64,000 nucleotides of DNA, taken from positions 14,932-78,931 of the IMG/VR virus record IMGVR_UViG_3300032286_000510; one strand, given 5' to 3'. Position numbers and translations under genes: made by a program. The stretch's first letter is position 1, and the number at the start of each line of letters is the position of its first letter. The DNA is from a virus. Below are positions 25,306 through 36,500 of this stretch, piece by piece. The notes beneath the pieces were generated by a model that saw only the letters and a program-made list of their open reading frames with translations, had not been told where the DNA came from and made no database searches.

Positions 25306-25406
25306 GTATTTCCAGACACTTGCACAACTGGCACAAGGCATCAACATAATATTCTGTCTTGTGCTATACTATAAGGGAACGATTCTCTATAGGGGGAACT
25401 GATAGG

Positions 25407-25569
25407 TTTTCCACAGGTTATACACAATAGTTTTCCACAGGCAATTAACAAATCCCAGTGATTGCAGTGGTTTATGATTTTTACCCTGTGGAAAACTTTT
25501 ATACTTTTTCCACAGGTTATCATAAAGTTGTGGAAAACTATTATACTTTTTTCACAACCCTGTGGAAAA
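25407..25569. promoter_or_regulatory. Cluster of 8 DnaA-box-like 9-mers
   Basis: TTTTCCACA at 25407, 25431, 25506; TGTGGAAAA at 25487, 25529, 25561; TTATACACA 25418; TTTTTCACA 25548. Confidence 0.7.
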
Positions 25570-25656
25570 CTATCATAAGAACATCTAATTCGTGCTATCA
25601 GATACTTCGTGTAATCCTATACTATCAGTTATTCTTATAGATCTTCGTCTTTTGCA

Positions 25657-26017
25657 TACCTAGGGATATGTTTCGTGTATTAGAATCAAGCAGTACTAAA
25701 TGGTTCTTAATAAGCACCACTGTTTGATACTTAACACACTGACAAAATATACTAGATTGCATTTCGTTTATTCTATTATACTTTGCAACTTCGTCAATAT
25801 TTTATAGTATTAGGCAGTGCTTCGTGTTATAGTATAGCTTACTCATTCGTTTATGCAGGGAGGATAATGTTCTTAAATATAATATACCTGGGGGTATGTT
25901 TCGTGTATTAGAATCAAATTGCACTAAATGGACAGTTATATCGTCGCCTTCGTTATAGCGTACCTGGGGGTATGTTTCGTGTATTAGAATAAAAATGTCC
26001 TAAATGGACAGTTATAT
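25657..26017. repeat. Three dispersed ~47-57 bp direct repeats (iteron-like)
   Basis: TACCT(A/G)GGG(A/G)TATGTTTCGTGTATTAGAAT...CTAAATGG at 25657, 25885, 25961. Confidence 0.85.
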
Positions 26018-26277
26018 TTTGGGGGTTTGTGTTAATTATACGCCCCGTTGCCCGCCCTTAAGGCGTAAAAGGCGTCCTAACCCCAAAAGCTAATTTAAAG
26101 GGTCCCTGTAACCTACAAAACTTTGAAAACGCTCGAACATATACACGTTAATTAAAAAAAATTTCCAGGATTCAAAATTCCCACACAGGTTTACACAAGG
26201 AACAAAAAATTTTCCCAGAAAAAAACACTCACAAAAGGACAAAAAATACTATATAAAAAGAAACACACATTTCAAAT

Positions 26278-26430
26278 ATGAAACTGGAATTTGACGATTA
26301 CGAAAAAGATCTATTACTGGAAACAATTCAGCATAGATTATACACAGATAAAATATTAGTGATTAATAATACTCTTAGAGAAGAAATTGAAGATCTTCTC
26401 AGAAAAGTAGAAGAAGATGAATACTTATAA
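26278..26430 (+). CDS. Small hypothetical protein
   Basis: 50 aa ORF read by hand (MKLEFDDYEKDLLLETIQHRL...). Confidence 0.5.
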   Translation: MKLEFDDYEKDLLLETIQHRLYTDKILVINNTLREEIEDLLRKVEEDEYL

Positions 26431-26635
26431 TATTTCAGTCAAAGGCACGAATATTATAAGTCAATTACCTCAGAGTGATTTGCAGGAAAATCTGAAACTT
26501 ATCAGGGGACTTGTATGGACTTCTGGGGGCAATGATGATGATATCAAGATCACACTAAATAAAGCAGAACCACCTTGCAATAAATGAGTTGTGGTGGTAG
26601 AATAATAAAGGTACTATTTTTAAAATTTTATACTT

Positions 26636-27391
26636 ATGGCAAAAGGTTTTACGGTAAAGGCAGCAGCACCCAAATCTTCAAATAACAATGAAGATGATTT
26701 TGATTTAGCATCAGCAAAACAAGCAATACAAGGAAAATCAATTGTATTTTGTCTTCCTGGACGAGGAGTATCATATACTTTTCTAAAAAACTTCGTTCAA
26801 TTGTGTTTTGATCTAGTTCAATCTGGAGCAAGTATTCAGATTTCACAAGATTACAGTTCAATGGTGAATTTTGCTCGTTGTAAAGTTCTTGGGGCAAATG
26901 TTCTCAGAGGACCAAAGCAAGTTCCTTGGGATGGTCGTTTAAAGTATGATTATCAGTTATGGATTGATAGTGATATTGTATTTGATACTGAAAAGTTTTA
27001 TCGTCTTGTTTCAATGAATAAGGACATTGCAGCGGGATGGTATTGTACTGAGGACGGAATGACCACCTCAGTTGCTCATTGGTTAGACGAAGATGATTTC
27101 AGAGGCAATGGTGGAGTGATGAATCACGAAACCTTAGAAACGATGGGCAAACGTCGCAAGATGTTTACAGTTGATTACACAGGTTTTGGATGGGTACTCA
27201 TCAAGAATGGAGTCTTTGAGAATCTTGAATATCCCTGGTTTGCACCGAAGATGCAAGTCTTCGAATCTGGTGAGGTTCAGGACATGTGTGGTGAGGATGT
27301 CTCATTCTGTCTAGATGCAAAAGAAGCAGGATTTGAGATTTGGTGTGATCCAAAGATTCGTGTTGGACATGAAAAGACTAGAATCATTTGA
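26636..27391 (+). CDS. Glycosyltransferase-like protein (GT-A fold), conserved in T4-like cyanophages
   Basis: LWIDSDI (DxD), GFGWVLIK, GEDVSFC, VGHEK motifs. Confidence 0.8.
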   Translation: MAKGFTVKAAAPKSSNNNEDDFDLASAKQAIQGKSIVFCLPGRGVSYTFLKNFVQLCFDLVQSGASIQISQDYSSMVNFARCKVLGANVLRGPKQVPWDGRLKYDYQLWIDSDIVFDTEKFYRLVSMNKDIAAGWYCTEDGMTTSVAHWLDEDDFRGNGGVMNHETLETMGKRRKMFTVDYTGFGWVLIKNGVFENLEYPWFAPKMQVFESGEVQDMCGEDVSFCLDAKEAGFEIWCDPKIRVGHEKTRII

Positions 27392-27567
27392 GGTACTTCT
27401 CTCAGGCGCTTCTTGACTTTTTCAACTGAATAATGATAAAATGCCTTTGTGGGAGGTTTTAAGTCTTACAAAGGCATTTTCAATGTTCTCAGAAGGTATT
27501 AAAGATTATAAGTCTTCTGAAAAAACCGTACAAAAACCGTTTTATAAACAAATTGGGAGAAAATTAA

Positions 27568-27702
27568 ATGGCTGTTTCAAAAAAAGAGATGAAGATTGGG
27601 AGTAATCCAAAGAATACTCGTCAAGGTGAAGGGAAAAATACCAAATACGCAAAATCAAGTCGTAATGGTGCTCGAAAAAAGTATAGAGGTCAAGGTCGTT
27701 GA
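27568..27702 (+). CDS. Small basic cyanophage protein (PK.TRQG...KYRGQGR)
   Basis: GGGAG RBS; 44 aa ORF read by hand. Confidence 0.7.
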   Translation: MAVSKKEMKIGSNPKNTRQGEGKNTKYAKSSRNGARKKYRGQGR

Positions 27703-27920
27703 TTCAATTGAATCCACAAATCCCGGTTATTACCCCAAAAGGTAATGGCTGGGCTTTCTTTTTGATAGATCGTTCTCAAGAACATGACCTTGAATGGATA
27801 GTTTTTCTAGATGATGGTGGTTTTTGTTGGACTTTTCGAAATTCAGATATTCGAATTCAGAAAAATTTAACATTTAATAGAGATTCTATTCTACAATTTA
27901 ACGAAAAGATTGAAAAATAA
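27699..27920 (+). CDS. Hypothetical protein
   Basis: QLNP.IPV.TPKG.GWAFFLID.SQEHDL.W motif. Confidence 0.7.
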   Translation: MIQLNPQIPVITPKGNGWAFFLIDRSQEHDLEWIVFLDDGGFCWTFRNSDIRIQKNLTFNRDSILQFNEKIEK

Positions 27921-27986
27921 AATAATATAGATAAAATATGGGATAGAAACCCCAAAAAAAGTTCTGATTTTCAATCAGGAGCCAAA

Positions 27987-28226
27987 ATGTCAAACCAAAA
28001 AGTCGATAGAGACCAAGAATACATGAGAAAAATGTGGGGGACCACAAAATTGATTACAGATTATCAAATAGATCCAACAAAAAGGGTCATTCAAGAATTT
28101 ATGTATGACGTTGCGCCAAAGCACGACCTAAAAAAACAGACTGATCTTCACGAAAAAATTCGTAATGACGAAGATTATGATGATTGGTCTTATGGAACTG
28201 AACCTGCTTACGGAAAAAGTTGGTAA
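27987..28226 (+). CDS. Cyanophage hypothetical protein
   Basis: AGGAG RBS; upstream of gp25. Confidence 0.65.
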   Translation: MSNQKVDRDQEYMRKMWGTTKLITDYQIDPTKRVIQEFMYDVAPKHDLKKQTDLHEKIRNDEDYDDWSYGTEPAYGKSW

Positions 28227-28262
28227 AAAGTATTATAGATATATAAAAGTGCAAAAATTTGA

Positions 28263-28664
28263 ATGGCAGTAACAATTTCTCGCAGTTTTAAAGATATTAG
28301 TTTGTCTTTTGCGAGACATCCAGTTACAAATGATGTAACCATTCTCAAAAATGAGGATGCAATCAAAAGATCTGTCATAAATTTGGTCAGAACTCGCATT
28401 AATGAAAGATTTTTTAATAGTTTGTTGGGTTCTTCTGTGGATAATTCATTATTTGAACTCCAATCTTCTGGTGTATCTTCATTTTTACAAGAAGAAATCA
28501 CATCACTTCTCGAAAACTTTGAACCTAGAATTAGATTAAGAAGTGTTGTGATTGATACTCCAGAAGATTCTAATGATTTAAATATTCGTATTTCTTATGA
28601 TATTGTTGGTTTACCATTTCCAACTCAAAATATAGAATTCATCTTACAACCAACTAGAGTATAA
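28263..28664 (+). CDS. gp25: Baseplate wedge subunit gp25
   Basis: FKDISLSF..HPVTND, AIKRSV.NLV.T...ERFF, FEPRI motifs. Confidence 0.92.
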   Translation: MAVTISRSFKDISLSFARHPVTNDVTILKNEDAIKRSVINLVRTRINERFFNSLLGSSVDNSLFELQSSGVSSFLQEEITSLLENFEPRIRLRSVVIDTPEDSNDLNIRISYDIVGLPFPTQNIEFILQPTRV

Positions 28665-30550
28665 TGGCATTCAATCAGTTTACCAACTTAGATTTTGGCG
28701 ATCTACGAACTCAGATTAAAGATTATCTGAGAACAAATTCTAATTTTACTGATTTTGATTTTGAAGGATCCAACTTTTCGGTCCTGATTGATATTCTTGC
28801 TTATAATAGTTACATTACATCATACAATACCAATATGGCTATCAATGAGTCATTCATTGATAGCTCCACATTAAGAGAAAATGTAGTTTCTTTAGCAAGA
28901 AATATTGGTTATGTGCCAAGATCTGTTAAATCCGCAAAAGCAAAGATTAGTTTTAGTGTAGATGTTAGTAATATTAATACAAGATTAGTAAAATTGAATG
29001 CTGGCGTAGTTGCTTTGGGGTCAGTTCAAGGCGGAAATTATATTTTTTCAATTCCTGAAGATATTTCAGTAACACCAAATCAAAATGGAATCGCAATATT
29101 TGATAATGTCGAGATTTATGAAGGAACATTTTTAAATAAGACCTTTAATGTAGATAATTCGCAAACAAATGCAAAATATATCTTACCAAATGCAAATATT
29201 GACACCTCAACAATTAGAGTTTCTGTTACTGGCACCACAACAGAGAAATATGAACTCTATACAAATATTTTTGCAGTAGAACCAAACTCAAAAATCTTTT
29301 TAATTCAAGAAATTGATGATGAAAAGTATCAAATTTTGTTTGGTGATAATATTTTTGGAAAAAATCCAGACAATGGCAGTAAAATTACTGTATCATACAT
29401 TATAACAAATGGAATTGATGGTAATGGTGGTGCAAATTTCACATTTTCTGGCAATTTATCTTATATTGAGAATGGAATTACTAAACCAGTCACTTCCGGC
29501 ATATCTCTCCTAACAACTCTACAATCGTCTGAAAACGGTGATAGCATAGAATCTATAGATACTATCAAATATCTTGCCCCAAGGGTCTACGCATCGCAAT
29601 ATAGGGCAGTTACGTCTAATGATTATACAAGTTTAATTCCATTTTTATATTCAAATGTTGACTCGGTAAGCGCATATGGTGGAGAAGAACTTGATCCTCC
29701 ACAATATGGCAAAGTTTACATTACAATTAAACCAAAAAATGGTGAAACTCTTTCCGATATTACGAAAAATTCAATCAAAAATGATTTAAAGAAGTATACA
29801 GTAGCAGGTATTAAACAAGAATTTATTGATTTGAAGTATTTGTATGTCGAATATGATTCCACGGTATCATATGATCCAAGTTTTATATCAAATAAAGAAA
29901 ATCTCCATACAAGAATTCAATCAGCAATCAATTCGTATTCAAAATCTTCTGATATTAATTCCTTCGGTGGAAGGATTAAATATAGTAAGATGATTTCATT
30001 GATTGATAATGTGGATAAGGGAATAACTTCAAATATTACTCTCTTAAAAATGAGAAGAAACCTTTCTCCTGCATATAATGCACTTGCTAACTATGAATTA
30101 TGTTTTGTAAATAAATTTCACGCAGATGTTTATGGATTTAATATCCGTTCGACACCATTCAAAATAAGTGGAGTGGATAACGATATATATTTGACCGATC
30201 TTCCGGATGATTCAACAGGAAAAACAGGAAAAATTAAATTTTTTACTTTAATAAACGGATCTCCAAATTTTATCAATAATAATGCTGGAACAGTAAACTA
30301 CGAAAAAGGAGAAATTATACTATATCCCGTAACTATTACATCTACAACATCTTCTGTTGGAATTGAGATTGAAGTTGTTCCGGATTCTAATGACATTATT
30401 GCAAAAGAAAATCTTTACATTATCCTAGATACTACAAGTAATAGTTTACTAAATCTTATAGAAGATCCCATATCTTCCGGATCTAATAAATCTGGAAATT
30501 CTTACGTTCCACCTTCTAGTTTTACAAGCAATAAAAAGTATACGAGATAA
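28664..30550 (+). CDS. gp6: Baseplate wedge subunit gp6
   Basis: LDF..L...IKDYL, FTDFDFEGSN, LAYN, RAVT..DY, PPQYGKV. Confidence 0.95.
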   Translation: MAFNQFTNLDFGDLRTQIKDYLRTNSNFTDFDFEGSNFSVLIDILAYNSYITSYNTNMAINESFIDSSTLRENVVSLARNIGYVPRSVKSAKAKISFSVDVSNINTRLVKLNAGVVALGSVQGGNYIFSIPEDISVTPNQNGIAIFDNVEIYEGTFLNKTFNVDNSQTNAKYILPNANIDTSTIRVSVTGTTTEKYELYTNIFAVEPNSKIFLIQEIDDEKYQILFGDNIFGKNPDNGSKITVSYIITNGIDGNGGANFTFSGNLSYIENGITKPVTSGISLLTTLQSSENGDSIESIDTIKYLAPRVYASQYRAVTSNDYTSLIPFLYSNVDSVSAYGGEELDPPQYGKVYITIKPKNGETLSDITKNSIKNDLKKYTVAGIKQEFIDLKYLYVEYDSTVSYDPSFISNKENLHTRIQSAINSYSKSSDINSFGGRIKYSKMISLIDNVDKGITSNITLLKMRRNLSPAYNALANYELCFVNKFHADVYGFNIRSTPFKISGVDNDIYLTDLPDDSTGKTGKIKFFTLINGSPNFINNNAGTVNYEKGEIILYPVTITSTTSSVGIEIEVVPDSNDIIAKENLYIILDTTSNSLLNLIEDPISSGSNKSGNSYVPPSSFTSNKKYTR

Positions 30551-30552
30551 AG

Positions 30553-33500
30553 ATGTCAGAAAACAAAGTTAAAATTTCAAATATTGTTGAGAATCAAATT
30601 CCAGAGTTCCTCAATGAAGAAAATCCTTTATTTAAAGAATTTTTAAATCAGTATTATATTTCTCAAGAATTTGATTATTCTATTGTAAATTTAGCAGAAA
30701 ATATTTTTTCATATAAACATATTGATACTTATAGAAATGTTGGACTATCTACAATTTCTATAAAGTTAACATCTAATGTATTGGCATTTGAGGATACAAT
30801 TGATGTGACCACAACTATTGGATTTCCTCCAAAATATGGTCTATTGAAGGTTAATGATGAAATTATAACTTATACTGGAATTACAACAAATTCCTTTACT
30901 GGTTGTATTCGTGGATTTAGTGGGATTAGTCAAATCGAAACTGAAGGTAATCCAGAATTTTTAACTTTTAGTTCAACCGAAGCACAAGAGCACTCATCTG
31001 GATCTTTAGTTAGTAATTTAAGTTTCATATTTGTTCAAGAATTTTTCAAAAAATACAAATATCAATTTTTACCTGGATTCGAAAATAGAACTTTTATTTC
31101 TGGAGTATCTATTGAAAATATTTTAACTAGAGCAAAAGATTTTTATAGATCAAAAGGAACTGATAGTGCTATTAAAATTTTATTTAAAATTTTGTTTGGA
31201 AAAAATGTCCAAATCATAAAACCATTTGACAATACAATATCTACATCGGAAGCAGAGTGGATAAGTGTTGATGAAATGATAGTAGAATCTTTGGATGGAA
31301 ATCCATCAAACCTCAAAGAAACTACCATATATCAAAATTCTTTTAATTTTCCTACTGCCAGTGGAACAATATCAAATGTAGAAGATATTTATTTGGCAAA
31401 TAAAAAATATTATAAAATTAGTTTTCCAAAATTTACTATTAATGGAAATTTTTTAATTAGCAATAAAACCAAAGTAATTGGAAATACACCATCTTCTGAT
31501 GTTGTTACTGTAGATTCCACTATTGGATTTAAAGATTCTGGTAATTTTTATTATTTGGATAAAGAAAGTAATGTTTACAACCAAATTGAATATACCTCAA
31601 AATCCCATAATCAATTTTTTGGTTGTATTGGACTTACAACTTCATTAACTGAAAATACACCTATTATAGATAATAATTTTGTTTATGGTTATGAAAATAA
31701 TGACATAAACTTAATATGCAAAATGAGAGTTGTTGGTACAATTTCAAATCTTTCTACTGGAGTTGAGAATACAAAATATTTTCTTCCTGGTGATAAAATT
31801 AAATTAAAATATATTGGCGAGAAAACTTCATTAGATGATAAAAAGTTTTCTACTTGGTTTTATAATAATATTTCATACGTAGAAACTCAATCTGTAGATG
31901 CAGCAACAAAAACAATAATAACAAAATCTCCACATTTTTTGCACAAAGGAGATAATGTAGATATTATAAACAAATTAACAAATTCAACAACAGTAAGTTC
32001 TTCTGAAGTTTCTAGTGTATTAAATTCTACTCAATTTCAAATTACAACAGGATCTTTAGATAATAATACAGAATATTATGTTAAGAAAAATTTAAATTTT
32101 GTTTCCAGTAATTTAAATTTAAATAGTCTTCTTGCAGATATTCAAAATTCATTTATTGATAAAGACGAAAATACTTATATTGCATTTTCTGGTTACCCAT
32201 CATATAGTGCATTAGAAACAACTAACAGATCAAAAACATTTACATCAAACTCTGCGTCTTCAGGTGTAATTAATATTAGTTCTCACGGATTCATTACTGG
32301 AGATAAAATTTACCTAGAAGCATCTTCAGATATAACTGGTGTATCATCTGGTTATTATTATGCAAATAAACTAAATGAAAATTCTATCCAATTGTCTTTA
32401 AGTAGATTAAACATATATTCAAATGATTTTTTGATTTTCAACGGATCTGGAGATACCACAAATACAATCACACCAGCAGATCTTTATGGAAGTAATTTAA
32501 TAAATCAAGATAACTTCAAAAGAATTTTAAAAATTCCACAAAAAAATACAAATAATTTGTCATTGAATGGTCCAATTGGAGTTTTTTTGAATGGTGTAGA
32601 ATTATATTCTCCAATTTCAAATGATTCTGTATTTTATGGTCAACTACAAAAAATTAATATTTTGGATAGTGGATTAAATTATGATGTTATAAATCCCGCA
32701 ACTATTTCAATTGTAGATTCATCTGGAACTGGAGCAGAAGCATATCCGCATTTATCTGGAAATATAGAAGAAATAATTTTAGAAAATCCTGGATTTAATT
32801 ATATTGATTTGCCTACAGTAAAAATATCAGGAGGCAATGGATCTGGTTGTGTTGCTGAGGCAAAAATGACCTCACATCAGCACTTTGTGTCTTTCTCTGA
32901 TTTAAAAGTTAATTTAATTTCAAATTCAATTAATTTAGATGATGATCACAAATTTTTTGATGGAGAAGAAGTAATTTATACTTCTTCTGGTCTTCCAATT
33001 GGAATTGGAAGTACGAATGTTGGATTTTCAACATCTTGTTTGACAAATAATGCATTTTATTATATTTCAAAAATTGATGGGACATCATTTTCTATTGCAG
33101 TATCAAAAGAAAATGCATTAGCAAAAACAAATCTTATAGATTTTACATCTTTTGGAAATCAAACACATACTTTTAAGTCTTCAAAATTTAAAAATATTAT
33201 TGATAGAATTTCAATTCAAAATCCAGGAAGTACATATTCAAATAAAAAAGTAGTAGTTGATTCTATTGCATATCCACCATTAGAAAAAAAAGATATAATT
33301 AAAACTTTTGTTGGCATAAACACCTATGATAATTATATTTTTGCAATAAATCATAATTATAAAAATGGTGACATACTAACATATTCTGTTGATGGTACTA
33401 CAATATCTGGATTGTCAACTTCAAATTATTATAAAGTTACAATAATAGATGAAAATAAATTCAAATTAAGTTATGCTGGAACTGCTTCAAGTATAAGCAC

Positions 33501-36500
33501 TATAGATTATGATAATAAAATTTATGCAAATTTAACTAATATTGGAGTAGGTACACATACATTTAATTATCCACCAATAACTGTAAGTATTTTTGGAAAT
33601 ACTGGTATTTCATCAACAACAATTCCATCATATTATACTGCAACTGCACATGCAGTTGTAAGTGGTAAAGTTGAAAATGTATTTTTAAAAAAAGGTGGTG
33701 TTGGTTATGGTGTTACGAATATTATAAACTTAATAAGAAGACCAGAAGTAATTCTTCAAACTGGAAAAAATGCTTCAATTAGAGCAATTGTAAATGATAG
33801 TGGAGAAATTTCGGATGTTTATATTATAGACAAAGGGTCTGAATATACAACTCCACCAATTTTAGAGGTAATTGGTTCAGGAAAGTATGCAAAATTGAAC
33901 GCAAATATTTTCAATGGTCAAATAACATCAATTAATATTATAAGTAGCGGAAAGGGGTATTCTAAAAATAATACTACTATAAAAGTATCTCCTCGTGGAT
34001 CTGGTGCATTTTTTAATGCCGAAATTCAAAAATGGTCAATAAATGCAGTAGAAAAATATAAAAATATTTTAGAAACAGAACAATATAAAGGAACTTTACA
34101 AATTCCATCTGAAGCAAAATTCAAAGAAAATAAAATAGGTTCATATTATGCAACAAAGGAAATTCGTAAAATTTTAAATGATAATTTAGACCAAAATACT
34201 TTTGAAGAATTAGATGAACTCAATTCACATTCTCCAATTATAGGTTGGGCATATGATGGCAATCCAATTTATGGTCCATATGGAAATGCAAAAGCTATTG
34301 CAGACTCTTCTGGAACTGGTGGATTAAAAAGAATAACATCTAGTTATAATAAATTATCCTCAATTATAGATACAAATTTAAGACCACCATATCCAAGTGG
34401 ATATTTTATTGAAGATTACAATTTTGACAATAGTGGAGATCTTGATGAATATAATGGAAGATTTATTGTCAATTCAGATTTTCCAAATGGAACTTATGCA
34501 TATTTTTCAACTTTAGATATAGATAAAAAACCATCATTCCCATATACAACTTTTAAACATCATAATGCAACTGATTTATTCAATTATGATGTATTAAAAA
34601 CTCAATCAGATTTATATTTAAATACTGGAGAGTATAAAAGGAATATTACACCACAAGGAATATCGGAGAAATATAAAAAATATCCTTTCTTTAATGATAA
34701 TTTTAATTCTAATGTAAATTTAGAAGTAATTCTCACAAAAAAATCTAAAATTTCAGAAATTATCGTTAAAGATGGTGGTTCTTCTTATAAAGTCGGAGAT
34801 GATGTGATATTTTTAAATGATCCAAATATTAATTCAAGTGTAAAGGAAGTTTTGGGGAAAAATATTGTATCAATTGCATCTTCGGAAATTATAAATGAAA
34901 ATCTTGTTTTTTCATTTTTAGATAAAAAAGTTACTGCATTAAGTACAGCTCCTCATAATTTTGTAGATGGGGACATTGTTGAAATTTCTGGAATTTCAAC
35001 ATCATTATATAAATCTATAGAAGGTCTAAAAACTATTGAGGTTTCATCAATAGTTGCATCACTGTCTGTTTCTATTGGAAACACAAGCACCACTGGAATT
35101 ACTACATTTATTTCAATTTCAGATCCAACTTCAAATGGCAATTTTACACCAAACAATATTATACAGATCGAATCCGAACAATTATTAATTTTGAATCTTG
35201 ATAATTATAACAATAGGTATAGAGTTCAAAGAGCATATAATAATACAGTTGGATCAGCACATACGGCAACAAGTATAGTTCGTTTATTGCCAAAATCATT
35301 TACATTTGATAATAATCTACCAATACCAACAAATAACGAAACAAATTATTCATATTATTTTAATCCAAACAATTCTATCGGAATTGGCAGTAGTTATACC
35401 AATATTATTGTAGAGACTTCTGGAAGTAATAATATTGTAAAATCTGTCCCACCAAAAGCAATATATCTTCCAAATCATAAATTTAATACTGGAGATTTAT
35501 TGTCATATACTTCCATAGGTTCAACAATAGTTGCATCAAAAGATAGTTCGCTAACACCAACATTTAAACTAAATGATTTTCAAAATTTATATTGTGTTAA
35601 AATTAGCGATGAATATATTGGGATTTCCACAGAAAAAGTTGGTTTTACAACTTCTTCTGTTTATTTTGTTTCATATACAGGAACAAATCATAATTTTGAA
35701 TCCATCAAAAATCAAATAACAGGGAATTCCAAAAAAGTAAATGTCACAGTAACTGTTGATGAATCAATTGATTTGAAGGTAGATGATAATATAAATTTAA
35801 ATATATTACCAAAATTAAATCAATCTTTTAATTTTAAATTCAATAGCGTTATAAAAAAATTAGTTGTCAATCCAGTTTCATTTGCATCGACAGCAGTTGG
35901 TGTTGGAACTGCAAATTCCACAATAACAATTAATAACCATAACTATAAAACTGGAGATGTGGTAGTATACACTGCAGCAAATCCAATTACACCTCTTGTA
36001 AATAATGAAATTTATTATGTCATAAAGACATCAAATTCTTCCATTAAGCTAGCATCAAATTCATATAATGCTTCTAAATTAGATTATGAATATATTGGAA
36101 TTTCTTCGTATGGATCGGGAACTCACGATTTATCGCTAATCAACCCAAAGTTAACTTTTTATAAAGGAAATAATGTTTCTATAGCAGTATCAGATACTAG
36201 TTTGTCTGGATATGATATTAAATTTTATTATGACAATCAGTTTAAATCAGAATACAATTCAACTTTAATAAGAAAATATGGAACAATTGGAGATTCAAAC
36301 CCTTCATCAAGAATAAATGTTTATATTGGTGATTCGATTGAAAATCAATTTTTTTATAGAATTGAAGGAAAAGATATAAATTTTACCGATACTTATCCAT
36401 CATCAACAAATACTGATGTTAAAAATTATTCATTAATAGAAATAAAACAATCGATATATAATGGATCTCATATTATTTCTGGAGTTGGAACAACTTCATT

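Noticed and set aside
244-25369. TGGCAC as sigma54 -24 element
   Set aside because: No consistent TTGC at -12, the motif is palindromic and tied to a sigma70 -10, and cyanobacteria lack sigma54.
25341-25640. 60-aa ORFs on both strands
   Set aside because: Products of the DnaA-box repeats; no RBS or protein-like composition.
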